Shown: piece by piece, positions 11,231 through 23,294 of the stretch
Position numbering within the stretch: position 1 is the first letter of the stretch
Layout of the letters: each line of letters starts with the position of its first letter
From: Takakia lepidozioides
Taxonomy: Eukaryota; Plantae; Bryophyta
DNA: 64,000 nt
NCBI GenBank assembly: GCA_030704615.1
Contig: CM060731.1
Coordinates: 71,300,001-71,364,000 of the forward strand
Direction of reading: 5' to 3'
The notes under the pieces: model-generated
The model's database searches: none
Told to the model about the DNA's origin: nothing
Seen by the model: the letters and a program-made list of their open reading frames with translations, nothing else
Translations under genes and position numbers: made by a program

Positions 11231-13666
11231 GTGAGAGAGAAGCTTATGAGGTCTTCGATTTGGGAGACTTTGTTCTGAAAGAAGGTGCAACATTAAGGGG
11301 GGCCAAATTGGCGTACAAGACATGGGGTATATTGAACGAGGAGCGTAGCAATGTGATTGTATATCCATCGTGGTACTCAGGAAGGCATTGGGAGAATGAT
11401 TGGCTCATTGGCCCTGGAATGGGCCTGGACCCCTGCAAATACTTCATCATTGTCCCTAATGTACTGGGCAACGGCCTCTCAACCTCCCCTAGCAATTGTC
11501 CGGCACCTTACAACAAGGCCCGATTTCCCAAGGTCTTTACACCTTTTCCCCACTTTACAGGCATTAGTGTCTCTGCTGGCTAATTGACAATTAGACCTGC
11601 AAGCATTCACCAACTCCGTACAAGATTGCCCAAGTGATGTGTAGATTATACAGGAATTTGATTGATTCTTCGGGAGCTGCGAATTTTATAAGAAGTGAGC
11701 ATGATTTGGTTTGTTGTTCTCCTCGTGATGTTCCTGGACTAACCTGTCGAGTTCGTTGGCAATATAAGATTGCTGCTGGGTTGTCTGCAGTAGGAACCTG
11801 CACATTCAGCTCAACGCAGTCATCAGCTCTTTGGTATAGGGTTGATTACCATGCATTTTCTAAGTAATAACTAACTACTGCTGCTTGTTTTGTTGGGAAT
11901 CCGGGTAATAGGGAGTTTTTCTTAGCTAAGTGTCTTGAGATAAGCTGGTGACTCTGTCATGTGCACAGCAGACAGTGATACAGACCAGCTCTTTACTGAG
12001 CCTGGCCAATGGATGCAGGTGCGGGTGGAGGACAATGTGCAAGCCCAGTTTAAACTGTTGACGGAGAAGTTTGGGGTCCGCCGGTTGAAGCTGGTGATTG
12101 GATGGTCCATGGGTGCAGGCCAGGCCTTTCAATGGGCTGCCAGCTTCCCAGATATGGTTGAGCGTATTCTCCCATTCTGTGGTTCAGCCCGCACCAGCCC
12201 TCACAGCATTGTGAGTCTCTCACGCTTCTAAAAGTTAACAATCTGTAGTCAAGAAGGGTGATCATTACCTAAATATTAGTCAGAATGGTTGATTGTGACT
12301 GTCTATGTTATGACAAGGGTTGTCATGTCATGTTGGAGTGTCATCAAGTGGCCCACTAGCCTTATTCACACATTACTCCAAGGAAAATGTAGATGTTTCT
12401 TACTGGAAGGTGTATCTGTATTGAAACCGATCTACATAATTCTCAAGGCTTTTACAGAAGATGGAATGAGATTGTGAGATGCACTGGATTAGTGTCAGTA
12501 AATTTTGCGGCCCTGTATACTGGAGAGAAAAATTTGCTACAGTAATTTCAAGGCAAGATGCACTGGTACATGCATGTGTGCCAACCCTCGACAGTGCTGT
12601 TGCAGGTCTTCCTGGAAGGGGTGAAGGGAGCATTGATGGCTGACAGTTCGTTTCAAGATGGTTGGTATGATAAGATTCCTTCCAAAGGCCTGAGGGCAGC
12701 TGCCCGTGTTTATGCAGGCTGGGGCTTCTCACAATCATTCTACTGGAATGAGGTTGAACCACTTTGTTTCCCTCACACCCATCGATTGCCTCTTTACTTG
12801 TGGGGGCAGTGGGGTTAATCACTGGGTATCCTCTCTATTCTGGATCGTCCATTCTCTTCAAGCATCAGGTTTAGGTTTACTCATGAGCAGTAATGCTACT
12901 TCAAACAGTGGAGCAATACATAAATCTTGAGTAAGATACAGGCAGAAGGGCACACTCAGACACTGCATTTTCTGATAGGGGTTTTGTTTGAAGCCCTCAT
13001 TACAGTGGGGTATTAGGGACTATTTGCCAGCATGGTGAGAGTGTCAGAAAAAAGTATTGATCACTTGAGACTGGATGGAATTTTCCAAGAATAAGTTGAG
13101 CTATCATGCAGGGTCATTGTTGCACTGCAAGGTCGAAACATGGTAAGTGAAGGATTGGTGTATAAGAGTATAAGGCTTGGTGCTCTAATATCAGTGATAC
13201 CCAGGGAGATAAGGTGCTTTATGTGGTTCATCTCCTTCATTCCATCTTTCAGTTTCCTAAAGCATGTGTGGGTGTGGTGTTGGATCAGGTGTGGCGAGAA
13301 ATGGGTTACTCGAGTCTGGAGGACTTCCTGGTCGGTTTTTGGGAGGGTTTTTTCTTAGACCGCAGAGACCCCAACAACCTGCTGACCATGCTATGGACGT
13401 GGCAAAACGGCAATATTGGGTTGACTGCTGGGTGTGACGGAAGTTTGGAGAAGGCACTGGCATCCATACGTGCCAAGGCGATTGTGATGCCGGCGGAGCA
13501 GGATCTTTACTTCCCAGTCTCCGATGAAGAATATGAAGTGAAGTTTATGCCCAATGCAGAACTCCGGGTAATTCCGGGTGTGTGGGGTCATTTCGCAGGG
13601 GCAGGTCTCAACCCTGTTGACACCAAGTTCATTGACAATGCCGTGCGGGACTTGTTGGCCATGTAA
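11231..13666 (+). CDS. Homoserine O-acetyltransferase-like (MetX fold; MekB/CgHle-type esterase-like) alpha/beta-hydrolase, exons 11231-11532, 12019-12210, 12606-12752, 13289-13666
   Basis: YEVFDLGDFVL...AKLAYKTWG.LN..SNVIVYPSWYSG; PNVLGNGLSTSPSN; nucleophile GWSMG; acid EQDLYF; base WGHFAG. Three phase-0 GT-AG introns give an uninterrupted frame. Confidence 0.9.
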
Positions 13667-16600
13667 TTTACTCATACCGGTGGTTTCAGTGTAAAAATTT
13701 GAGATATTAGTTGAGTTTTCTTTTCTCAAATCCAAGTAAGGGAAGGCCTTTGGATAGTGAACAGGGGCATGTTTACAAGTACTGTGCAGCAAACTCATCA
13801 TCTGGTTCTATACCTCAAGGGTTTGGTGACCACGCGTAGTTCTCCGCCAGTACCAAGGACTTAGCATAGGTTGAAAATCAACTTAATGCAGCCTTGGGTG
13901 GCCTATATAGTTGCTAATTAGAATTCCACACAGTTCTTGGTGTTTCGATAGTCATGATCATTGCATCTCAGCAAGCACCTAGCCAAAAGAGGGTGGGTCA
14001 CAATATAGCAGTTGGCTCTAAGGCACTGGAACAATAAAACCCATGCCCAATGAATTGGCAAGTCCACTGCGCTTTCTGTCGAGTTCAGTTTGCATTTCTG
14101 ATTCAGCAGGGTTTGTTTTGTGTATAGTATTTAGGTTACTTGTGCTTTTGAATGCTTTGACCGCATGACGAATCACTGATACAATCTTAGTTGACTCCGG
14201 CTCTTGGAATTTCTGTTGGTAGGAAAAATTTGCCTGGGTCTGGAGGCTTAGTGTTAAGATAAAGGCTACCCAAGTTTGGGAGAGAGATGCCTGCTCTGCT
14301 TATTGCTTGCTATCTGGAGCTGGAGATGATCCTTATTGAAGGAGAAGAAAACAAGAGTTTCTTCTACTTGTATTTGTTCAGATCCTGTCTCTTAGTATGG
14401 GACACTTTTGCAGGTACTAGATCTGAACAGCCACTCTATATTTAGGATCTAGGTTTACTTGTATGGAAGTCAGATTGAGTTGCTTTTTCTCTCTTCGCCG
14501 CCCCAGACTCTGCATTAGAAAATGACTTGTGTAGTTAAATTTATCTGTCCGTGTCAATGCAAAAATAATTACATTATCTGTTTTTGGTGCGCTGGAAGTT
14601 GGAACGCACAATGGAAAGCAGAATATGTTCGACAGAGGACCAGTTTCAGCCTATGTCATATCCCTTAGCTTTCCAGGGCAACTATCATTCAATCAGGGCA
14701 TAGCTCGATATATTTTAATTTTCCGTGTAGATTCTGATGCCTACATGGGGAGCTTTGGACATACATACACACATACCTACATAATTTTTGTAACTTGGGT
14801 ACACAAAACCAATCAAAACTTGGTTCATAATCTGAGTTTAACCCCTAAACCTTTTCCAATTTTTGGGATTTTTTCAAGAAAAAAATCTGGATTTTCTGGA
14901 TTTTGTATTTCGGGATGGCATTGGTTGGGACCCCAAAAGTTGATCCCCACATTCCCCTTGTTCCAACAAGCCCGAGATGACCAAAATTGGAGCCCATTAT
15001 AGGAGCCGACACGTGGTCAAAGAGGGGGTCAAAGAGGGGTATGGAATGCTCATTGAAAGGCTATGCACATTTATTGCGGAACTCTTCAGCTAGTCCTCTC
15101 TCTCTCTCTCCTTTTCACCCACACATATACATGAAACATGAAATGCATGAGGGGTTTTGAACCCACTATACACTCCTTTTGGCAGCCCATACATGCACGC
15201 ATCCAAGGGGAGAGCTAATCTTCCCCCTTGTCTACACCCCCGCTTGGATAAGGGACCACACTAATTCTAACCACTACAACCACCACTACATGTTTTAGTG
15301 TAGCTAAAGTGTTGAATCCTGCCCACCATGCAGATTCTGAACTACTTTTCAATTCAAACACATATTGCTGCTCGGAACTCTCTACCAAATGGAGTAAACT
15401 ACATACAAGTGGAAAAATGGTTGTCATTTTGTCATGTGCTTAAGTTTCCATCTGATAGACCACAGTAAACAACTCAAGCATATTAGCCAACAAACGTACA
15501 ATTTATCAACATGATAGAGCTTAATATGGTGGAGGAGCAAGTGGTTATGGTGGGGTTTGGTAAGAAGACACTACGAGTGTGTCATGAGAGGATCTCAGAG
15601 GTCTCTCCCTTCATCCTCAAGCCAGCAACATGCATATGCGTCATGTTGGGTTTATGGAGGAACCCATCTTAAGAAGGATTGCCCAGAGAAGACAAAGGGT
15701 TGGCACAGGCACAGCCTACATAATTGCAGTGTGGGCATTCATGTGGCAAGTAGGCCATGGAGAGGTGGAGGTCGTAACCAAAACCAAGGAGTACAAGATC
15801 AGGGTCAAGATCATCATCAGGTAGCGTTTGAGCGCTTAAGAGCATACGGACTGAAACTGCAACCTTTAAAGTGCAAGTTCAAATCCACGATCAGATGAAG
15901 TATCTGGGCCACATGATATACCCTGGAGGATTGAGTGTTCAACAGACAAAGGTGGAGGCCATTACATGCATTCCACATGGATGTAAGCAGAGTTCGTGCT
16001 TTCATGGGATTGGCAAACTACTATCGACGGTTTGTTAAGGGATTTAGCAGCATAGCCAAGGCTCTTACCAAGTTGACCAAGCTGGGTCAGGAGTGGCAGT
16101 GGGAGGAGGAGTAAGAGCAAGTCTTTGAGACTAAAGGCTCGATTGATTTCTACGCCTATTATGAGGCGACCTATCAGGAGGCAGCCTTTCCAGCTACATA
16201 CGGATTGGAGTAATGCTGGGGATTGAGGCAGTGTTAACGCAGGTGGATGATGAGGGAAGAAAGTTCATGGTGGCATATGTTAGCTGCTCGAACAATGATG
16301 CTGAGGCTAAATATAGCTCGTATGAGAGAGTGTGTCTAGCTGCCGTATGGGGTAGATGCAGGCTAAGGTGGACCAAAAACTTCGTTACCAACATAGTTTT
16401 CAGTGACTGTCGTGCATGATATCATGAATTGCTTTGCATAAAATAAATAATGCTAAAAAAAAAATTTTCATGTTGGATTCATAACTTCAATATCTACCTA
16501 TATCGATTGTCCAATTGTCAATCCAATCAAATGTTGAAGAGTTGACTTTTGAACACAACAACTGTAGCATAAATATGATATAGGAGCTCGTTAGCATGGT

Positions 16601-16668
16601 GAAACAAATGAGGAGATGGTGCCAGGATGGCTGCATGCATCTGCCTTTCTGTGCATTCTAGCAATGGG

Positions 16669-17427
16669 TGTTAAGGACGAGGGCATGACTGAACATAAAC
16701 AGGATATCAGACTTAGAGGTACAAGACTAGACAAGAAGTCAAGGTCGAAAGGCCGAATGCATGATGGATAAAGAAGAATCAAGATAATCTTTATAACAAT
16801 GGACAAGAGTACAAGATACTGGAACTCGACTTGAATATTGGAATGCTGGAAACTGGACTGGAGTACCAGATACTGGAAACTGGACTAGAGTACTGGAAGT
16901 TGAACTGGAGTACCGGAACTGGAAACAAGAGTAGCTTGAACTTATGTTGGCGAGACTGAAGAGTGTCCAGTCTCGCCTCCTATATATACTGGCTACTAGG
17001 AAGTTTCCTAAGAAGCTTATCCAGCCAAGGGAAGTCTCTTGAGAAGCTTCCTCGACCAAGGGAAGTCTCTTGAGAAGTTTCCCCTGCCAAGGGAAGTCTC
17101 CTGAGAAGCTTCCTCACCCAAATGAAGTCTCCTGATAAGCAATTCCTCGATCAATGGAAGTCTCTTGAGAAGCTTCTCCTGCCAAGGGAAGTCTCCTGAA
17201 AAGCTTCCTCCACCAAGAAGCTTCATGAGCAGTTTCTTGAGTTACTCTCAGTAATTTGGTAGTTACTTTTGGTAATTTGGTAACTCATTGTAACTTATGG
17301 TAACTTATGATAAATCATAGTAAATCATGATAAATCACGGTAACTTTTGATAACTTGGTAATTTCCGATAATTTGGTAATTTTTGGTAATTACTCTTGGT
17401 GAATTTTTCTGGGCTATGTCCGTGACA
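16669..17427 (-). repeat. 3' LTR of the chromovirus; contains ~30-bp tandem repeats (GGAAGTCTCTTGAGAAGCTT...) and GTAACTT-type short repeats
   Basis: Follows the PPT and begins TGTCA on the minus strand. It matches 21728-21900 in direct orientation and 20509-20988 in inverted orientation. Confidence 0.9.
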
Positions 17428-20400
17428 TCACCTCCTCCTGTAGCGTCGAGTTCCTCGAGGAGCGGTAAAATCTAGGACTTGCCTAGAGTTGGAGAAAATC
17501 CAAAATTCGGTGAATGGTACTTGCCAAGTATTCGGCTCTTCGTTCTTGACTCAAATGATTAATAGGTCATTGCAACCATCGATAGTGTCCAACACCTTGA
17601 ACTTGGGACCACGTAGTGATTTGAGCATTCTGATCTTCGAAGTTGTCTTCAAACATGATTTCATTGCCCGCTAGGTTCGAAACCTCAACCTCCAACATAA
17701 TTATCAGACTTCGAGTAGGCTTCACTTGCCGTCGTACGGTGTCCAAACGAGGAAGTACGCGTCGCATTGGTGGTCCATCGTCTCGATGGCGTCGGCGTGA
17801 TGTTGAAGGTTGTAAGAGTCGGAACGGCTGGTCTGGTAGTTGGGTAAGCGACAGTTCCAATGTATCCGATTTTTGTGACTACATGCTGCCAATATAAAAT
17901 GCAATAGTGCTTGAAGTGTAGCTATATATACTGCTGTATGGTGCTCCCCCCTCCTTAACGTGTATCATGTACACTGAATGTGGAGTTTTCACCTTGAAGC
18001 TAACTTGACTGACATCATCATTGTGACGACTTATTGACGTGTGGCTCGAGGCTTACCTGGATATCGTTGATGAAACTCTTGGACTTTGTCAGGTACATTG
18101 AAGATTGGATGACGGTTCTCACGTGCGTTCGCTAATGTCGTAGCCTTTCCAATGTACGAAATATTCAAGACGTCCGTACATGATACAAGAGTCTAGGACT
18201 TCGTCGACTTCATACTCGATTTCATGATTGACTTCAATTGGTGGAGGTGGTACAAGAACTTTCCCATGGATACTTTAGTGATGATACAACTTTAATAATG
18301 AGACGTGAAAGACTGGGTGGATGCGCATACTTCGTGGGAGTTCAAGCCAAAAACTGACCGGATTAATTTGACGAATAATGTTGAATGGTCCCAAGCGTTG
18401 ATAATCCAACTTCCTTGATGGTCACATGGTTTGGATGTTCCGTCGAATGAGCCATACACGATCTCCGATCTTGAACTTGGGTTGAATTTGTCGATGTTGA
18501 TCTGCATACTCCTTGTATTGTTTTTGAGCTTCTACTAGTTAGAATGTAAGCTCCTTGTGAATCGTAGCAAGATGAGTAGCAACATTTTCTGCAGCAGGGC
18601 TTCCGACAGTTTTCATGTGGAGAGGGTCGGCTCGAGGGTGATGACCATAATTGAAGAAAAATGGAGTTTGCTTCGTCGATGAATGTGTAGTGTTGTTGTA
18701 GGCAAACTCAGCCAAGGGCAAAAGGTCCGTCCAATTATCCCGTTGATAATTTATCGTACAGCGAAGATATTGCTCCAAAATCTGATTTACGCGCTCGGTT
18801 TGACCATCAGTCTGCAGATGTTCGGTTGTCGAGAAATTGATCTTGGTGTTCAGTATTTGAAATAATCCTCTTTAGAATTTTGATATGAATTGTGGTCCTC
18901 GATCAGATACGATGTCATCCGAGAGCCCATGAATGTAGTAAATATTGTTGAGAAAGAGTTTTGCCGTCTCTTCACCTGTAACCGTCTTATTACATTGAAT
19001 GAAATGTGTCATCTTCGTGAAACGATCTCCAATCACAAAGATTGAATCATGGATGTTCGAAATTGGAAGGTCTATAATAAAGTTCATTGATAAGGACGAC
19101 CATGGACACTTAGGAATGGATAAGGCTTGAAGAAGACCCCCGTGAGGTCGATGTCGTGGTCCCTTCGCACACATGTCGCAAGATTTTATAAATTCTTTCA
19201 TTAGTTTCCACATTTGTGGCCACCAATAGTCTCTGGAAATCAATTCCATTGCTTTATTGAAACCAAAATGTGGGTTACGATTTTTTGTAGTGACTTTGTT
19301 GAGCCCACGATAGTCCACACACATGCGTAACGATCCGTCTTTCTTCTTCACAAATAAGATAGGTGCTATCGCGGGTGATTTCGAATATCGAATGAAATTC
19401 TTTGACAAATTTTCATCAATGTATTCGCGTAAAGCAGCCAACTCCGTCTGAGATACATTGTAGATTGGGTCAAATGGTGGCTGGGCTCCTTCTTGCAACT
19501 CAATGGCACAATCATAAGGTCGATGTTCTGGTAATATGTCTGCATTTTTCTTCTCGAAGACATCCTTGAAATCTTGATATTGAGTGGATAATGTCGAAGT
19601 ACCTTGGTTTATTGTGGTCTTGATCGGAGTCGCATAAAGTGCAAATATCGCGTCCTTCTTTGTAGCTCTCATTAAGGCTCTAGCTCCAAGAAACAGGGGT
19701 TGGATACCCTTGGTACTTTTGCATTTTTGTCTTGCCGAAATTTTTCGCCATCGCCAGTCGATGTCAGGATTATGAAGTACAAACCAAAGAAGTCCAAGGA
19801 TCACATGATTCATTGGAGACTGGATGACGTTGAAAACAATCTGTGATGCTTCATCTTTAAGCTGCACTTCAAGGGGTCGAGTTTCATGGTCAACGTTTCC
19901 CGATGCTAACGGTCGTCCATCGATGACTTCAACAAGGGCCGAGAATTTCTTTTTTACGAGCGTTAAATTATGTTGTTTCGCAAAGTCTTTGTCAATAAAA
20001 CACGCTGAAGCGCCCAAGTCCAAAAGTGCTTCTACGGAGATATCTCGATTCTGTATTCTGATCTTTACTGGAACTGTGAAACAAGGTGCAAGGTCTGGAG
20101 GTAGAAAAAGACCTTTTTTAGATGAAGAATTGGTAGTGTCCAGCCGCATGGTCCCTACTGTGACTGGACATCTTCATTTTCCGACCTCCTCGTATCGCAC
20201 ATTGGAATTGCGCCCCGAGCTTTGAATCTTCTCTTGTTGAGGCAATTAAATGCTATGTGATCTTCTTCTCCGCAATAGAAACATAATTCATTTAAGCGCC
20301 GTCGTTTATTTTTTTGTTGTGTCTGGCTTGAATCGGACAGCATCAATCTGCGTATGATCACTACAGGATGTCGGATAGATCGTTGTGTTTGGTGCCGTAG

Positions 20401-20508
20401 TAGCAGCGATGCGTCATCGACCATCCAGATCGCTTCTTTTGACATCTTTTGAACAAACGATTATCACATGCAATGATTTGGGTGATGAATTCGCTCAGTG
20501 TACTTCAT

Positions 20509-20988
20509 GGCAGGGGAAGCTTCTCAAGAGACTTCTCTTGGTCAATGAAGCTTCTCAGGAGCCTTCTTTCGGTTGAGGAAGCTTCTCTGGAGACTTCTCT
20601 TGGTAGGGGAAGCTTCTCAAGAGACTTATCTTGGTTGGGGAAACTTCTTAGGAAACTTCCTAATAGCCAGTATATATAGGAGGCGAGACTGGACATTCTT
20701 CAGTCTCGCCAATACAAGTTCAAGTTACTCTTGTTTCCAGTCTCAGTACTCTAGTTCAGCTTCCAGTACTCTAGTCCAGTTTCCAGTATCTAGTTCTCCA
20801 GTCCAGTTTCCAGCATTCCAGTATTCAAGTCGAGTTCCAGTATCTTGTACTTTTGTCCATTGTTATAAATATCATCTTGATTCTTCTTTGCCCATCATGC
20901 ATTCGGCCACGCCCTTGACTTTTTGTCTAGTCTTATACTTCTAAGTCTGATCTCTTGTTTGTGTTTAGTCATGCCCTCATTCTTGACA
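20509..20988 (+). repeat. Inverted portion of the chromovirus 5' LTR (TATA at 20671), followed by PBS 20989-21000 and gag 21025-21722 on +
   Basis: Reverse complement of about 16669-17184. It ends ...CTTGACA and is followed by gag (MLEKFDG.RSRFRGF...WLAPLLE...LRQG.RSASVYAAEFRQL). Confidence 0.88.
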
Positions 20989-21727
20989 ATTGGCGAGACT
21001 AAAGTTTGTTCCTTAATTAGTTAAGATGGAAGGCACATTTGCGGAAATGGTCGTCACCTTGCAGAGTCTCTAGCTCTAGATGCAAGAACTTCGTACCTCT
21101 ACTGCCCAACTACAAGCTGATCAGTCTCAAGATCTTGGCAACGCTCTCAACAACTTGCAACAACAAATTTTTGAGTTGAAGGAGTCGAACAATGGATCTT
21201 CAACCATACTAGTCTCTACTGCAACAGCTCCTACTGCAACAGCTCCTACTACAACGGTTCTTCCACATCTTCAACAGATTACGAGAGAACTAAAGGTCAG
21301 CATGCTCGAGAAATTTGATGGGATGAGATCAAGATTTCGCGGTTTTGTTCAACAAGTACGATTATTCCTACGACTACATCCACAACGCTACCCGGATGAA
21401 GGTATCAAGTGGGATTCGTGGGCACCCTTCTAACAGGCACTACCTTATCTTGGTTGGCACCGCTGTTAGAGAAAAATTCACATTTATTGTACAATTTTGA
21501 AGCGTTCATGTCCGAGTTCACTGCAATATTTGGAGAGAATGATAGAGAAAGAGTTGCAGAGACAAAGATGAGAAATCTACGACAAGGAGTGCGTTCTGCT
21601 TCCGTTTATGCTGCCGAATTTCGACAACTTACGTGCGACCTCGACTGGAATGAGAAAAACCTCATTAGTCAGTTTCGATGTGGGCTAAAAGAGGATGTAA
21701 AAGATTTGTTATTGACAATGCTATTCA

Positions 21728-21900
21728 GAGCAGTTTCTTAAGTTACTATCAATAATTTGATAGTTACTTCTGGTAATTTGATTACTCATGGTAACTTATG
21801 ATAAATTATAGTAAATTATAGTAAATTACAGTAACTTTCGGTAACTTGATAACTTCTAGTAATTACTCTTGGGGAATTCTTCTGGGCTATGTCCGTGACA
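21728..21900 (-). repeat. Outer portion of the chromovirus 5' LTR
   Basis: Direct match to about 17228-17427, flanked by the TSD ATGGG. Confidence 0.88.
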
Positions 21901-22241
21901 ATGGGAGCTGCTCAAGCTGATCCATATCATGTGACTGGTCATGTAGATAGTTTGTATGACGATCCAGAAATAAGTGAGGAGCTTGGTGGTGCTAAGGATG
22001 TGCATGAAGATGCAGCAGTGTTAGCCAACCTTTGTACCGGAGAGATAGCAGTCAGCGTGACTGCTAAGGAGAGAGATCAGATCCTACAATGAGGCAAGAG
22101 GTTCAAGTGGGAGGGGACACACCTACTCCAAGTATGGGAGGATGGACGAGTGAGAATTGTGACTCATCCAACACAATGAGCGTGATTGGTACGCCATGCT
22201 CATGAGGAGTTGGGACATTTTTCGGATATAGTGCACTCATA

Positions 22242-22431
22242 CACTACAGGAAAAAGGGGGGGGGGGTTCCGAGGCCGTGGCCACGCCGCGGCATCGTAAA
22301 ACAGCCGTTTTCGGGCAGGGGGAAAAACCCAAATTTGCGACGTCCGGGCGTCACCAAAAAAACATCGCAAATTTGCGACCAATGGGGGTCGCAAATAGGC
22401 GAAACCGCGATTTGCGACGGCCAGGCGTCGG

Positions 22432-22472
<41 letters not shown>

Positions 22473-23294
22473 ACTCTGCAATGCAGAATTAGCACCGTCC
22501 GGGGGTCGCAAAGTGCGACGCCCGGACATCACAATTTAAGGGGGTAGATTTGAATTTAGGCGAGAAAATTTGAATTTCAAAATTTTGTTGACCATTGACT
22601 CCGGTTCTGTCTAATGGCGATATGTTCATTGTTCTACATATATCATGCAATGCATACTTGAACCTAAGACCTCCACGTTATAACATTTCTAAGACACTAC
22701 AAACTAACAAACACACCTACGCTACATCTATGTATCACAAAAGCAATCTAAATATATATATACACATATAAAGATTTCCTTCAAGAGCCTTCAAGTTCCT
22801 TCTAAGGGGTCTCTCTTGTGACGCTGGGAGTTGCAACCTCCACAACCTTAGTGCCCAGCCCCAGCATCGTCGCCGTTGTTACACCCCCCCACCGCTAGGC
22901 GCCCCAAGCGACGTCCTAGTGATGACCTAAGCTGACCACAACACCATTGCGACCCCCTGTGGCGACGCCGTTGCGACTCCCTGGCATCGCAACGTTGGGC
23001 GTCCCAGCGCGGGGCGCCCACAACGACGCTTTTGTGAAGTTGAGGGCCGCAAAGCAAAAAAAACAAAAAACAAACTCCCACTATGGTGATGCTGTTGCGA
23101 CGCCCTGGTGTCGCAAAGGCGTTGAGGCGCCCTTAGTGACGCTCTCGGCGTCACAACGTCTAAAAAAAAAAAAAAAAAAAAAAAAACGTCAGGGTGTCGC
23201 AAAAATACGCCGCGGGCTCGGCGTCGCAGGCTCAGCACCACGCAGGGCGTGGGGGCGTGGCTGGCGTCGCAAACCCCTCCCATTTGCTGTAGTG
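22242..23294. mobile_element. Non-autonomous CACTA (En/Spm) DNA transposon inserted in the Gypsy integrase
   Basis: Termini CACTACAGGAAA / TTTGCTGTAGTG with a 3-bp TSD ATA (22239-22241 and 23295-23297). GCGACG/CGTCGC subterminal repeats at both ends and poly-A runs at 22432-22469 and 23162-23186. No transposase. Confidence 0.93.

Larger units (their letters stand above)
16669..21900 (-). mobile_element. Chromovirus (Tcn1/Tf1-like Ty3/Gypsy) LTR retrotransposon with internal inversion and RT/RNase H deletion
   Basis: TG...CA termini with a 5-bp TSD ATGGG (16664-16668 and 21901-21905). PPT at 17428-17440. Gag with CFYCGEEDHIAFNC knuckle, protease [13 protein letters not shown] start [11 protein letters not shown] joined directly to integrase (HFGFNK...YWWP; SDRGPQF), and chromodomain EYEVDEVLDS...YFVHWKGY (about 18100-18250). 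Confidence 0.93.

Noticed and set aside
17025-17225. ~30-bp repeats resembling a CRISPR array (also 20509-20660)
   Set aside because: They are head-to-tail degenerate tandem repeats inside LTRs, with no unique spacers, no cas genes and a eukaryotic context.
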